Shown: positions 39,401-54,400 of the stretch, piece after piece
Numbering within the stretch: the first letter of the stretch is position 1
Layout: each line of letters opens with the position of its first letter
Origin: Mobula hypostoma
Lineage: Eukaryota
Assembly: GCF_963921235.1 (NCBI RefSeq)
Contig: NC_086097.1
Location: forward strand, 251,846,001 to 251,910,000
Reading direction: 5' to 3'
DNA: 64,000 nucleotides
The notes under the pieces: generated by a model
Database searches by the model: none
Told to the model about the DNA's origin: nothing
Seen by the model: the letters and a program-made list of their open reading frames with translations, nothing else
Translations under genes and position numbers: made by a program

Positions 39401-42400
39401 TCTCACTCTCTCTGTCTCTCTGTCATGATGCATGGTCTTGGCCCAAAACGTCAACTGTTTATTCATTTCCGTAGATGCTGCCTGACCTGCTGAGTTCCTC
39501 CAGCATTTTATGTGTGCACATATGCATCCGCAAACATAGGAGACATAGCACACGTACTCAGGACTGCAAGAAAGCACTTTATTGAGTTCTAAGTAAATTT
39601 ATTATCAAAGTACATATATGTCACCCCGTACAACCTGAGATTCATTTTCTTGCAGGCATTCACAGTAAATACAAGAAACACAATATAATCAACAAAAATG
39701 CTGCACATAACACAAGCAACCAATGTGTAAAAGATAACAAACTGCAAATACAAAAAGAAAGTGACTTTTTAAAAATAATAATAAATAAATAAGCAATAAA
39801 TATCAAGAATATGAGATGAAATAAGTCTATTGGTTGTGGGAACGTTTCAATCATGAGACAAGAAGCTGAGTGAAGCTATCTCCTCTGGTTCAGGAGCCTG
39901 ATGGTTGAGGGATAATAACTGTTTCTGAACCTGGTGGTGTGGGACCTGAGGCTCCTGGACCTCCTTCCTGATGGCAGCAATGAGAAGTGAGCATTTCCTG
40001 GATGACGGGGGATGGTCAGAGCTCGCTCGTCGCAATACGGAAAGAAAAACAAATGTCTACAGTCACAGATGTACAGAAATCAAAATAATACTTATTATTT
40101 ACTAAACAAGCCAATCTCTGCAATGTTGGAGAAGAGCCACAGATCCAGCTCTCCCTCCCAGCCTCTCTCCGTACTTCTCCCTGTGTTCTTAGCACTAGCA
40201 CCAGTCGTGACCAAGACTAAAACCCTCACACTGCACAGAGAAAGTGCCCCTATTTATACCCTTTAAGGTTCCATCAAAGATAACATAATTATCAGCCCAG
40301 TACTTTCCTGTCTGCTACCCATTATCCTCAACCCAGACACATAATTTAGGAAACCAAAGGTAGAATCAGAATCAGAAAAAGGTTTAATATCACCAGCATA
40401 TGTCGTGAAATTTGTTGTTCTGCAGCAGCAGTACCTAGCAATACAGTATATAATAATAAAAACTGTAAATTACAGTAAGAAGTATATATTTAAAAAATTA
40501 AATTAAATAGGTAGTGCAAAAAGAGGGGAAAATAGTGAGGTGGTGTTCATGGTTCATCGTCCAATCAGAAATCTGATGGCGGTGGGGAAGAAGCTGTTCC
40601 TGAAATATTGAGTGTGGGTCTTCAGGCTCCTGTACCTCCTCCCTGATGGTAGCAATGAGAAGAGGGCAGGTCCTGGGAGGTGGCGGTCCCTAATGATGGA
40701 TGCTGACATCTTGAGGCATTGTCTTTTGAAGGTGTCCTCAATGCTGGGGAGACTAGTGCCCATGATGGAGCTGGCTGAGTTTACAACTTTCTGCAAGGAG
40801 GAAATCATTATTCATTACCTGAATCTTGATGTGCATCCAAATTGGAGACAAAGTATTGATGTATAAGAGGGAAAACAGGCCATTACCACAATCCAACCTG
40901 ACACAACTTTTGTCTTCCAACTTCCATTTTATTTCAGCATGTACCAAGGAGGACTCACAGTTAACTCTTTCCTTACAGGTCCCGTACGCGCCAGTTGTCT
41001 GGGAGAACACAGCCCCCCCACAAACCATCCAGTTAAACGACAGCTCGACCCTGATTTATGCCAAGGACAGGGATAGCCCGGAGAACGGTGCTCCCTTCTC
41101 CTTCAGTTTGTTGACCCACAACGACAATTGGACCAACTTTGCTTTAAAGGATTATGGCAATGGCACAGCGGCTCTCACAGCTCTCCGTATGTTTGACAGA
41201 GAGGAACAGAAAACCTTCTACCTGCCAGTGGTAATCACCGACAGTGGGTCTCCACGTATGAGTTCCACCAACACTTTGACCATCACGATTGGAGATGTCA
41301 ATGACCACCCTCATTCACCTGGTTGCGTGGAATTTCTGGTCTACCATTATAAAGGTATGGTGTTGTTCTATGAAGGTGCAAGTTGAGTGGCAAAAAAGAA
41401 GTCAAGGCAAAGATTAGCTTTACACTGATCAGCCACTTTACTCATTACCTCCTGCTCTCTAAGAGCCTTCAGAGATGCTCTTCTGTACAGCGCTGATGCG
41501 AGGTTATTTGAGTTACTGTCGCTTTCCTGTCAGCTTCAACCAGGCTGCCCATTCTCCTCTGAGCTCTCTCATTAACAAGGCATTCACACCCACAGAACTG
41601 CCACTCACTGGATATTTTTGTTGTTTTTTTTTGTGCTATTCTCTGCAAACTCTAGAGCAGGGGTTCCCAGCCTTTTTTATACCATGGACCAATGCAATTA
41701 AGCAAGAAGTCCGTAGACCCCAAGTTGGGAACCCCTGATCTAGAGACTGTTGTGAAAATCCCAGAAAATCAGCAGTTTCTGAATCACCCTGTCTGGCACT
41801 AACAATCATTCCACAGTCAATTAGATCAACATAGAACATAGAATATACAGTACAGCACAGTACAGGCCCTTCAGCCCACAATGTTATGCCTACCCCTAAA
41901 CCCCCGCCTCCCATATAACCCCCCACCTTAAGTTCCTCCATATACCTGTCTAGTATCAATAGGGATTCTGCTGTTTGGTCTGAACAGCTGAAGCTCTTGC
42001 CCATGTCTACATTGAGTTGCTGCACATGATTGGCTGATTAGATAGAACATGGAAAAGTACAGCACAGGAACAGGCCCTTCAGCCCAAATGGCCAACTAAA
42101 CTAATTCCTTCTGCCAACACAATGTCCATATCCTTCCATTTTCCTCACATTCATGTGCCTGTCTAAGTGTCTCTTAGAAGTTCCTAATGTATTTGCCTCT
42201 ACCACCACCCCAGGCAGGGCATTCCAGATGCCCACCACCCCCTGTGTAAAAAAACTTGCCCCTCACACCCTGTTTGAAATTACACCCTCTCACCTTAAAT
42301 GCATGCCCTGTGCTGTTGGACATTTTGATGTATATTATATATATTAGATATTTCCATTAATGAGCAGGAGTGCCGGGTACCTCATAAAGTGGCCACTGAG

Positions 42401-45400
42401 TGTATGTCTCACGTGTACATGAAAACAAACAGTGAAATGTGTCGTTCATGTCGCAGTCCAAGGATACGTTGGGGGCAGCCCACGATTGTCACCACATTTC
42501 TGGTGCAACACAGCATGCCCACAACACACTCAACCTAATCCGTACGTCTTTGGAATGTGGGAGGAAGAAACCTGGAGATCATGGGGAGAATGTATGAACT
42601 CCCGCGGCAGGATTCGAACCCCGATCTTATAGCTGGTGCTGTACTAACCACTATGCTATTGTGCTGTTCCTCAGTACCCAGCACACATGTAGAAAATATA
42701 GTTTAACAACTCTTCGTGATAGCAAGATGGATCCATCAATGCACAAAATGACTGATTAAAGTTTTATTACTCCTTTGCAGAATCAGAATCAGGTTTAATA
42801 TCACTGCCATAGGTCGTGAAATTTGCTGTTTTGTGGCAGCAGTACATTGCAATACACAATAATTTTTAAAATTATAAATTACAATAAGAAACATATATAA
42901 CTTTAAATAAATAAGTAGTGGAAAAAGAGAACAAAAAAAATAGTGAGGTGGTACATGGGTTCATCGCCCATTCAGAAATCTGATAGCAGAGGGGAAGAAG
43001 CTGTTCCTAAAACGTTGAGTGTGTGTATCTTCAGGCTTCTGTACCTCCTTGATGGCAGCAATGAGAAGAGGGCATGTCCTTGCTGATGGGGGTTTTAATG
43101 GTGGATGCCACCTTCTTGAAGCGTCACATTTTTAAGTTATCCTCGATGCTGAGGAGGCTAGTACCCATGTTGGAGCTGACAGAGTTTACAACTTTCTGCA
43201 GCTCTTTCCAATCCTGTGCAGTGGCCCCTCCAGACCAGATGCTAAATTGAGGAGTATACAGTAAATGCAAGCTGGCTTTTTCCAAGGAGGTTGGGTGAAA
43301 CTAGAACTGGAGGTCATAAGCTATGAGTGAAAGGTAAAATGTTTAAGGGGGACATGAACAGGAAATTCTTCACTCGTATGGTGGTGAGAGTGTGGTACAA
43401 GCTGTTAGCTCAAGTGGTGGATGTGATTTCGATTTTGATGTTTAAGAGAAGTTTGGATAGAGACATGGATGGGAGGGCTGGAGAAGAAGGAATCTGATAA
43501 GAGAAGAGAATGGACCATAGGAGAAAGGGAAGGAGGAGGGGCACCAGGGGGAGATGATAGGCAGGTGAAAAGAGGTAAAAGGCCAGAATGGGGAAATGAA
43601 GAAGAGAGAAGGGAGAGGGGAAAATTACTGGAAGTTGGAGAAATCGATGATCATGTCATCAGGTTAGAGGTTCTCCAGATGGAATATGAGGTGTTGCTCC
43701 TCCAATCTGAGAATGGCCTCATAATGGCAGAAGCGGAGGCCATGGACAGACACGTTGGAACAGAAATGGGATAGAAATTAAAATGGTTGTCTAAGTCATG
43801 TAAAAGAAAACTTCTATAGATCTACTATGGAGAACATTCTGCCAGGCTGCATCACTGTCTGGTATGGGGGGGGAGCTAATGCACTGGACTGAAAGAAGCT
43901 ACAGAAAGTTGTAAAATTAGTTAGCTCCATCTTGAGTACTAGCTTGCGTGGTATCCAAGACATCTTCAAGGAGTAGTAACTCAGAAAAGCAGTGTTCATT
44001 ACTAAGGACCCAGGACATGCTCTTTTCTCACTGTTACCGTAAAGAAGGCACACACTCAGCAATTCAGGAACCATTTCTTCCCCTCTGCCATAGGATTACT
44101 AAATGGACATTGAACCCATGAACACTACCTCACTATTTTTATATGTACTATTTCTGTTTTGCACTATTTTAACCTATTTCATATGCACATATATACTTAT
44201 TGGATGAGATCATTTGCAATGTCATGTTTGTGTCTGCCAAGCAGTGATAATGCCATTTTACGTTGCCCGTCTCAGGTCAGCTCGGCAACACCGAGCTGGG
44301 AAAGGTGCATGCTCCCGATTTAGATGACTGGGACTTGAAGACATACAGGTTTATTGGAGCACCTCCCAGGTAAGGAAATCTACAGCGATTTTGAAAATGT
44401 TTTGTGGAATATGTTGAATAAAGGAGTACACTGATAGAATGGAAATGCATTGCATCATATCAATGAGCAGCACTGCCCAGCAAACCATCAGTGTACCCTT
44501 ACCCCAGTCACAGGGCAATTTACAATGACCAGTTACCTACGTCTGTGGAATGTGGGAGGAAGCCAAAGCACCCGGAAGAAACACAGATGCTCACAGGGAG
44601 GACGTACAAACTCTCTATAGATGGCGAATTGAACTCTGAACTCTGACACCCCGCGCTCTGATAGCGTTGTGGTAATTGCGATGCTACTGTGATGTGCAAT
44701 GGTGCCTCAGACAGACAGATACTGCAGACTGACCGGTTCCATTTGCCAGGGTTGAAATGTCTAAAACCAGAGGGCGTGCATTTCAGGTGAGAGGGGGTAA
44801 CTTCAAAGCAAATGCGAGAGGTAAATTCCTTACACGGGCGGGCGGGGGGGGGGTGCCTGGAATGTGCTGCCTGGCCCTGGGCTGGTGGTAGAGGCAGATA
44901 CATTAGAGACTTTTAAGAGACATTTATATAGGCACATGAATGTGAGGAAAATTGAAGGATATGGACCTTATGTAGGCAAAAGAGATTATTAATTTAATTG
45001 GTTAGGCACAACATTGTGGGCTGAAGGGCCTGTTCCTGTGCTGTACTGGTCTCTATTCTAACTTAACATAGAGACACACTGCCTCCTTCCCTTTTCAAAT
45101 AGACGATTCTCTATTCTCCTGGACATCGACTGTTTATTCGTTTCCATAGAGTGTGTTAGTTTGCTTTCTTTCTGTTTTTATCACTTAGACTATTTTTTTG
45201 AATGTTCCCTCTTTTTATTTTTGTTTTTTGCCTACCTCTGTGGATTCTGAATAATCCCAGTCCTCAGGACTGCTGCCTAATTTTGCCTCCTTTGATGCTT
45301 TCTCTTTCAGTTTAACCATGGTTGAAAGGTGTCTAGGATCCTCGCTACTGTCTGACATGATTTGCCTTCTCAAATCATAGGGAGGACGTAGAAGCTTTAG

Positions 45401-48400
45401 AGAAGGTGCATAGGAGATTTACTAGAATGCTGCCTGTATTAGAGAACTTGTCTTATGGAGATCGGTTGAGTGAGCTAGGGCTTTTCTCTTTGGAGAGAAG
45501 GAGGATGAGAGATGACTTGATAGAGGTGTACAAGATGATAAGAGGCATATACCAAGTGGAAAGCCAGAGACTTTTCCCAGGGGTTGTTCATTTGTTATGT
45601 GCCATGTCATATTTCCAGGGCTGCAATGGCTTATATGAGACAACATTTTGTTAAGGTGAATGGAAAAAAGTAGAGGGAGAAGTCAGAGGTGAGTTCTTTA
45701 CAGAGAGTGGTGGGTGTGTGGAACACCCTATCAGGGCCGTGGTAGAGGCAGATACATCAGGGACATTGAAGAAACTCATAGATAGGCACATGGATGATAG
45801 AAAAATGGAAGGTTAGGTAGCAGGGAAGGGTTAGATTGATCTTAGAGTAGTTTAAAAGGTGGACACATCTTGGGCCAAAGGGCCTGTACTGTGCTGTAGT
45901 GTTCCATGTTGTATGCAAATTTCCACCCCTTCTGATCTATCTGCTCAGTCCACTTCAGCTCAATCCTTAATCCATTGTGAGCTACACACAGTCGTTTCTG
46001 ACCCAATTTACTTCCTGTCAGATTTAATACAACTTTCAATAGCCTTCTCGATCTGCAGGAACTTGTTTAAACTCAGGAACACACCATCTGCAGAAAAGTG
46101 CAAAAACAATTTGAAGGCGGAGTACAGGCCAGGGGGAGACGAAGCAGGAAGCATGGAGAAGGCAGGAGAAAGGGGTTGAGAGGGATAATAAGATATTCTG
46201 CCTCCAATTTACTTCCCATCTACCCCCCATTATTCATGCTAAAGTTAGCAACTAACTCCTGCCACAGTTTACGGGTGGAATAGGAAGCTTTTTGGTTTAG
46301 GTAATCTTTTAAGACAATAATCATTATTATTTCAGTATATGCATAAATTGTCTTCTTTTACACATTAGTTGTCCACGTATGTGTGTAGTCTTTCATTGAT
46401 TGTATTGAATTTCTTTGTTCTATTGTAAAAGTAAAAATGAAAATGAATGGAATATGAAGGTCATACATGGTGACATATTGGTACTTTGATAATAAATTTA
46501 TTTTGACTTTGACATTGACTTTGCATTACTGACTCACTTCCGCATATTTCTTTCAGATATTTTACCCTTAATGAAAAGTCTGGTGTCCTGAATATAACTG
46601 ATGCCACACCTCCGGGCGTTTATGATTACCAGGTCAAAGTCGCAGATGGCATTTGGCCAGATGTTGTCTCAACAGTGAAAATTGTTGTTAAGCAACTGGA
46701 AGAAGGTGCCGTGTATAATGCTGGATCTCTGAGACTGAGTGGTGAGCACTTAACTATTTCTTTCCTGGAATACTAATACATTCTCCCCGTGACTGCATGG
46801 GCTTCCTCTGGGTACTCTGGTTTCCTCCCACAGTCCAAAGTTAGGGTTTAACAAATTTCTATAGATGTGTGGTGGAGAGTATATTAACTGATTGCATCAC
46901 AGCCTGATATGGAAACAGCAATGCCCTTGAATGGAAAACCCTACAGAAAGTAGTGGATACGGCCCAGTCCATCACAGGTAAAGCCCTCCTCAACATTGAG
47001 CACATCCTCATGGAAGACTGTCACAGGAAAGCAGCATCCATTATCAGGGACCCCTATCACCCAGGATATGCACTTTTCTTGCTACTACTGTCAGGAAGGA
47101 GGTACAGGACCCACTCCACCAGGTTCAGGAACAGTCATTACCCCTCAACCATCAGGCTCCTGAACAAAGGGAACAGCTTCACTCAACTCCACTCACTCCA
47201 TCCCACTGTCTATACAGGCTCACTTTCAAGGACTCTTCCTTTCATGTTCTCAATATTTATTGCTTATTTATTTATTTTTATAATTATTTCTTGTTTTTCT
47301 TTTGTATTTACAGAGTTTGTTGTCTTTTGCACACCGGTTGTTTGTCTGTCCTGTCAGCTGCAATCTGTCATTGATTGTATGGTGTTCTTGGATTTACTGA
47401 GTATGCCTGTAAGAAAATGAATCTCAGTGTTATATATGGTGACATATATGTACTTTAATAATAAATTTACTTTGAACATTGAGTTAGTGAGTTGTGTGCA
47501 TTCATCTTGATTAGTCAGGGTGCTAAAGGTTACGGGGAGAAGGCAGGAGAACAGGGTTGAGAGAGATAAATCAACCATGGTGGAATGGTGCAGCAGAGTC
47601 GATGGGCTGAATGGCCTCATTGTGCTCCTATGTTTTATGGTCTTATTGTCTAATATTCAGTCTTGTTTTTAAATTTGACCATGTCTATGGGTGTGGATAT
47701 TCGCTTTCACATTTCACACCTTCAACCTTAAAGCAAAAGAATGAACAGGTTCAGACTTTATTCTCTAGAATGTAGAAGATTGAGAGGAGATTTGATAGAG
47801 GTACACAAGATTATGAGGGGTATAGATAAAGTAAATGCAAGCAGGCTTTTTCCTCTGTGGTTGAGTAAGACTAGAACTAGAGGCCATGGGTTAAGGGTGA
47901 AAGGTGAAATGTTTAAGGGGAACGCGGGGGGAACTTTTTCACTCAGAGGGTGATGCGAAAGTGGAATGATCTACCAGCAGAAGTGGTGGGTGTGGATTGA
48001 ATTGCAGTACTTAAGAGAAGTTTGGTCAGGTACATGGATGGGAGGTGTGTGGAGGGATATAGTCCAGGTGCAGCAGGTGAAGACCAGGTCAGTAAGGACT
48101 TGATGGGCCAAAGGGGCTGTCTCTGGGCTATAGTATTCTATGACTCTATGACTTACACTTAGCCCACAATTCACTAACTTTAACCCATGTGTCTAACCAT
48201 ACACCTTTGGAATCTGTAGTCCTTTATTAACTTACTATCACCATTAAAAACAAGCCACCAGAAGGGTCAAGTTGTGTTCAGTATTGGACAAGTTTTCAAA
48301 GCCATAAAACATAGAGCAGAGAAAGAATCTATTAGTGACATGTTCTTCTGTCTGTCCTGGGAGCATGCCTTCAAATCAAAGGTGTTTTTATTGGGTTTAG

Positions 48401-51400
48401 AGGGATACTAAGTCAGCCGTGATGGAATGGTAGACTCAATGTGCTGAATGGCCTAATTCTGCTCCTATGTCTTATGGTCTTAGACCATAAGTCCATATGA
48501 TATAGGAGCAGAAGTAGGCCATTCGGCCCATCGAGTCTGCTCCACCATTCAATCATGGGCTGATCCAATTCTTCCAGTCATCCCCACTCCTGTGCCTTCT
48601 CCCCATACCCTTTCAATATCTTTCAGCATGCTCGGACACACTGGGGCCAACCAAAGGTATTATTGTTTTTCTTAAATGTATTTTCTTTTACGATCATTAA
48701 GACCCTGCTGAACATTGAAGAACTTAAAGTTCTGCAGGTCTACCCCTTCAGTGAGTTGCTCGTTGGTGGAGAAGCTGAAGGAGCTGGACTTGTTGCAGAT
48801 CTTGCTGCTTGGAGAAAGTCGGTGTGCAGAGGCAGGGTGCGGTCTGAAAACGAGTGATCGCCTTAGTTGGTTTTCTTGCGATCACAAGACCCTGTTGAAC
48901 ATTGATAATGTGGGTTGCTGCAAGTCTGATTCAGTGTTTTATTGGCGACTGGTGGGCGCACCCATTAGAGGAGCTGCGTGAACTAGGCCTCAAGCCGCAG
49001 TGTTGCCTGTTTGCAGCTGCCCAGGAGAGAAGCATTGGAATCGGGCACTCCACCAGAGCGCCGAAGGTGGTGTGGCCCAGTGTCCATACTGGAACTGGTG
49101 CTGCCCTCTGGAGTTCGCTCGGCAGAAGACAAGATGTACTGTGTTAGACTGCAGACTGCTGCAATATTCACGGACTCAAGGACTTAGACAATATTTATCC
49201 TGAATTTAATGTATTTTACTGCTGCCTTATATGTGCTATGTGTACCCTGTGCTGTGGATGATTTTGGTACTGTGTTTTGCAATTTGGCCCTGGAGTAACG
49301 CTGTTTCGTTTGGCTGTATTCATGTATAGTTGAATGACAATTAAACTTTAGCTTGAACTTTTTATCTCTCAAACAGGCATCACAGCAGAGGAGTTTATAT
49401 CGCGGCCCACTGCAGAAGAAAGTAAATACACCAAGCTGAGAAGGATGCTGGCAGAAATTATTCCAGCGCAGCCGGATAACATTGATATATTCAGCGTGGT
49501 AAACGTCAAGGGTCGGGTTGGAGAAGTAGATGTCTGGTACACAGCACAAGAGTCGCCACTCCTCAAGGCAGAGAAAATGAATGGAAATGTGGCAGCTTTC
49601 AAAGCTACGGTGTGTTCTGGTTAAAGCTAATCATTTGTATCTCACACAGTAACAGTTTCCTATGCATACTGAATCCTATTAGAGTATATGAAAGAGTTAA
49701 TGTATGAGGAGAGTTTGATGGCCCTGGGCCTGTACTCCCTGGAGTTTAGAAGAATGAGGGGAGATCTCATTGAAACATATCAAATATTGAAAGGCCTAGA
49801 CAGAATGGATGTGGAGAGGATGTTTCCTATAATGGGAAAGTCTAGGATCAGGGGGCACACCCTCAAAATAGAAGGACATTCCTTTAGAACAGAGATGAGG
49901 TGGAATTTCTTTAGCCAGAGGGTGGTGAAACTGTGAAATTCATTGCCACAGACAGCTGCGGAGGCCAAATCATTGGGTATATTTAAAGTGGAGGTTGATA
50001 GGTTCTTGATTAGTCAGGGTGTCAAAGGTTACGGAGAGAATGGGGTTGAGAGGGATAATAAATCAGCCATGATGGAATGGTGGAGCAGACTTAATGGGCT
50101 GAATGGCCTAATCTGCTCCTGCAATATGTCATATGGTCTTATGAATGACTTTATATGCATAACATTCAAAGGGTTTGGGGAGCTCAGCAAGTGAATGGAT
50201 GATGTTTCTGTCTGCGAACCTTCATCAGGACTGGAAAGAGCTTCTGCCCCCAATCCTCATGAAGTATCTCAGCCCAAAACGTCAACTGTCTATTCATTTC
50301 CATAGCAGCTGCCTGACCTGCTGAGTTCCTCCAGCATTTTGTGTGTTGCTCAGCATCTACTGAAGGTGATAGGTGAGGCCAGGTGGCTGGAGAAGAAGGA
50401 ATCTGATATGAGAGGAGAGTGGGCTGTGGGAGAAAGTGAAGATGAGGAACACCAGGGGGAGGTGATAGGCAGGTTAGAAGAAGAAGGAAGGGAGAGGGAA
50501 CAAAACAATTACTGGAATGAGAAATCAATGTTCATGCTGTCAGGTTGGAGGATTATAACTTTCACAGTGAACAGTAGTAAACAGAGGAGTGCAGTAAAAC
50601 AGAGGGATATGGGAATACAGATCCCTAATTCCTTGAAAGTGGCATCACAGGTAGATAGGGTCGTAAAGAAAGCTTTTGGCAGATTGGCCTTCAAAAATCA
50701 GAGTACTTACATGTTATGTTGGAGCTGCCAAATTCAAGTGATGTGACACCTGCTACTGAAAACTAAGTTTCTAGAAAAAATACAGAGGCAACTGTACTGT
50801 AATTACTGTAAAATTCACTGAACATTTACACGTACAGTGGATCAGTCATTTTACCGGTCCTCCAGGTTCAGGGGTTCCGCTCAGGGCTAACAACCCTGAC
50901 TGGTCAAACAAAACTGTTATGGAAACAGCAGTGAAGAATCCTTCTACATCTGAATGTGGCGGTGTTCCTGAGGTTTGCAGTAGTGGCTGGCTGACAGTAG
51001 TGAAAACAGAGAGGAAGTGACTGGCATAATGAAGGAAGCCCTGAACACAGCCAAGACCAAAGATGGTTTTGGCCAAGGACAGGCATAGATGGAGGACCTT
51101 CATTGCTGCCTTAAACACCTGCAACAGGCAGTAATAATATAGGTGATAATATGGGTAACAGTAATAATAATATAGGTGATTGCCTAAAAATACAAGCAAA
51201 CATAGGAGAGTTAAAATACAAGGGAAAAATGTGTTACTCCTTAATCATTGTTATACTTTTACGAAAATGTGAAATAAATGCATAAATTTACACTTCCATT
51301 GCAGCTGGAAAGTCACTTAAACATTAGCATATCCCAGGTTGGTGTGGACGAATGTGTGGACACAGCCTGTGAGATGGGGAATGGTTGTACAAGCATTACC

Positions 51401-54400
51401 AGCTTCAGCCCCATCCCCTCAGTGCTGACAGCGAGAGAGGTTTCCTTAGCTTCCATTACAACATCCACCACAGCTCAGTGCATCTGCTCGGCTCGAGAAG
51501 GACGACGTCTCTCCTGCTCCTCGTACCTGGTTAATCCGTGTCTAAATGGTGGCACTTGTGTCGATGTTGATTGGGGCTACAGGTAACTCAGCAACTTATC
51601 AACTCCCCTATTGATCTCTACCTCTTTGAAGTAGAACGTCCCTATTTAAATAGTCTTATTGTCCACGAGTGAATGTCCAACATTATGAAGGACATATAGC
51701 ATTACAGCATCCACCTCCCTCTATCTGCACTGTAAACACTTTCAAAGTTCAAATTAAATTTATTAACAAGGTACAGATATGTCACCATATACATCCCTGA
51801 GATTCATTTTCTTGCAGGCATACTCTATAAATCTATAGAAAAATAGCCATAACAGAATCAATGAAAGACTGCCCAACCTGGGCGTTCAATGAAAGTGCAG
51901 AAGACAACAATCTGTGCAAATGCAAAAAGAAGAAATAATAATAATAAATAAATAAGCAATAAATATCAGGAACATGAGATGAAGAGTCCTTGAAAGTGAG
52001 TCCATAGGTTGTGGGAACATTTCAATAATGGGGCAAGTGAAGTTATCCCCTCTGGTTCAGAAGCCTGATGGTTGGGGGTAATAATTGTTCCTGAACCTGG
52101 TGGTGTGAATCCTGAGGCTCCTGTACCTCCTTGCTGATGGCAGCAGGGAGAGGAGAGCATGTCCTGGGTGATGGGGGTCCTTGATGATGGATGCTGCTTT
52201 CCTACATCAATACTCCATGTAGATATGCTCAATGTGGGTAAGGGCTTTACTTGTGATGGACTGGACCATATCCATTACTTTCTGTAGGGTTTTCCGTTCA
52301 AGGGCATTGGTGTTTCCATACCAGGCTGTGATGGCAGCCAGTCAATATACTCTCCACTACATCTACGGAAGTTTGTCAAAGTTTTACATGTCATGCCAAA
52401 TCTCCACAAACTCCTAAAGAAGTAGAGGTACTGCTGTACTTTCTTCATAATTGCACTTACGTGCTGGGCCCAGGACAGGTTAGCTTAAACCACATTTTAA
52501 ACTAAAAAAAGCGTGTATATTGTAAATACATAGCAGTATTTATGTATTTATACATACTTTATTGCCTATTTGTACTTTAACTTTATTTTTATATAATTCT
52601 TTATTCTATAAAATTGTTGAATGTAGCTGTTTTTTGTTACAAGACGTGACCTGACCAACATAGCACAGCAGATTCCTGATATATGTAAATGTATATGGCG
52701 AATCATTAATCCTCGATCCATGATCCCCTTCAATCTAACCCTTCACTCCCACATAGCCCTCCATTTTTCTATCAGACATGTGCCAATCAAAGAGTCTGTT
52801 AAATGTCCCTAGTGTATCTGTGTTTACCATCACCCTGGCAGGGTGAACCGCACACTCACACTCTGCCACTAAGCAACTGTAATCCAAACAGCCACGGGTG
52901 GTGCGGAAAAAGCTGTTTCTAATATGTTGAGTGTGTGTCTTCAGGTAAATAAATCATGCAAGAAAAGAAAAAAAAGGAACAAAAAATGCATGAAGAAGTG
53001 CTCATGGGTTCAACATTCATTCAGAAATCTGATGACAGAGGGGAAGAAACCGTTCCTGAATCATCGAGTGTGTGTTTGGCTTCTGTACCTCCTTCCTGAT
53101 GGTCGCAGTGAGACAAGGGAAGGTCCTGGGTGATGACTGTTGTGTTTTGTAACTTCAGAACATTAAACTAATTCAAAGGAAGACACGGGATTCTGGAAAT
53201 GTGGGTCTAACTTCATGGTTGCTTAAGCAAGGTCCGCAAATATCATGGGTTAGCATGATGACGTGTGCAGTTCATGTATTTCTACATATAACTTGTAAGG
53301 AATTATTTAAACAAACAAGAATGCTTAATCAACATATATACATAAAATTCCTCAACTATTACTTAAATATTAAATATACAACAATGGGTGTCCTTAATGA
53401 TGGATGCTGCTTTTTTTTGAGGTATCACCTTTTGGCGATGTCCTGGATGCTGGGAAGGTTAGTGTCCATGATAAATGCATATTTTCCTGAGGTTATTCAG
53501 TTATTAACCTGCCCCTTCTTTGCACAAATAGGTGTGAGTGCAGTCCGATGTTCGATGGACCTGAATGTCAGCAAACGCGGTACACGTTTAAAGGAGATGG
53601 TTACGCTTGGTTCCCGCCAATCAAGTCTTGCTTTAAGAGTTTAGTTTCCCTGGAATTCCTGACTGAGACTTCTGACGGGCTGCTGCTCTACAATGGTCCT
53701 CTCTCACACATTCACTCCGGAGAGCCTGAAGACTCCATTGCATTAGGTACAATGACATCACGTTCTGTCTTATTCATATTTGTAACTTCAGAACATAAAT
53801 TTTTAATGAAAATGCTTCAAACTTTGAAAGTTTTTATTTTCTCAACATTCCCTTTTCTCTAAATGGTTGTGAATTCCGATTGGTTTAAAAGAGATCAAGA
53901 TTAGTTTAACAATTAACTTTGAAATGCAACAGAGACAGTTCAGAGATGTGCTGAGGGCAGCCGTTCATCTGACACCAACATAGCATGCCCACCAATTGCT
54001 AACCCGTATGACGTTAGACTGTGGGTGGAAATCGAAGCACCCAGAGGAAACCAACGAGGTCATGAAGAGAAAGTACAAACTCCTTAAAGACAGCGGAGAG
54101 AATTGAACCTGAGTCACTGGCACTACCGTGCCGTGGTTTGTGATTTTGTGAGCAAAACCAACTCCTCATTTTTGTTGTGTCAACCTGGATAATGATCATT
54201 AAAGACAACTGGAACGTCAAAGACAAATCCATCTCCCACACAGCCCTGGAGATCTTCTATGGGGACTTTTGACAAGAATAACTCACCTAGGGCCCCTTTT
54301 CACTCTGTTGAGCGGATAAGAGAATTAGAAATTTGAAAAGCACAAGAAATTCAGTAGATGTTGGAAATCCAGAGTAATACATACAAAATGCTGGAGGAAT

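Noticed and set aside
40050..40345. Possible solo LTR with a minus-strand TATA box
   Set aside because: Termini and TSD could not be defined.
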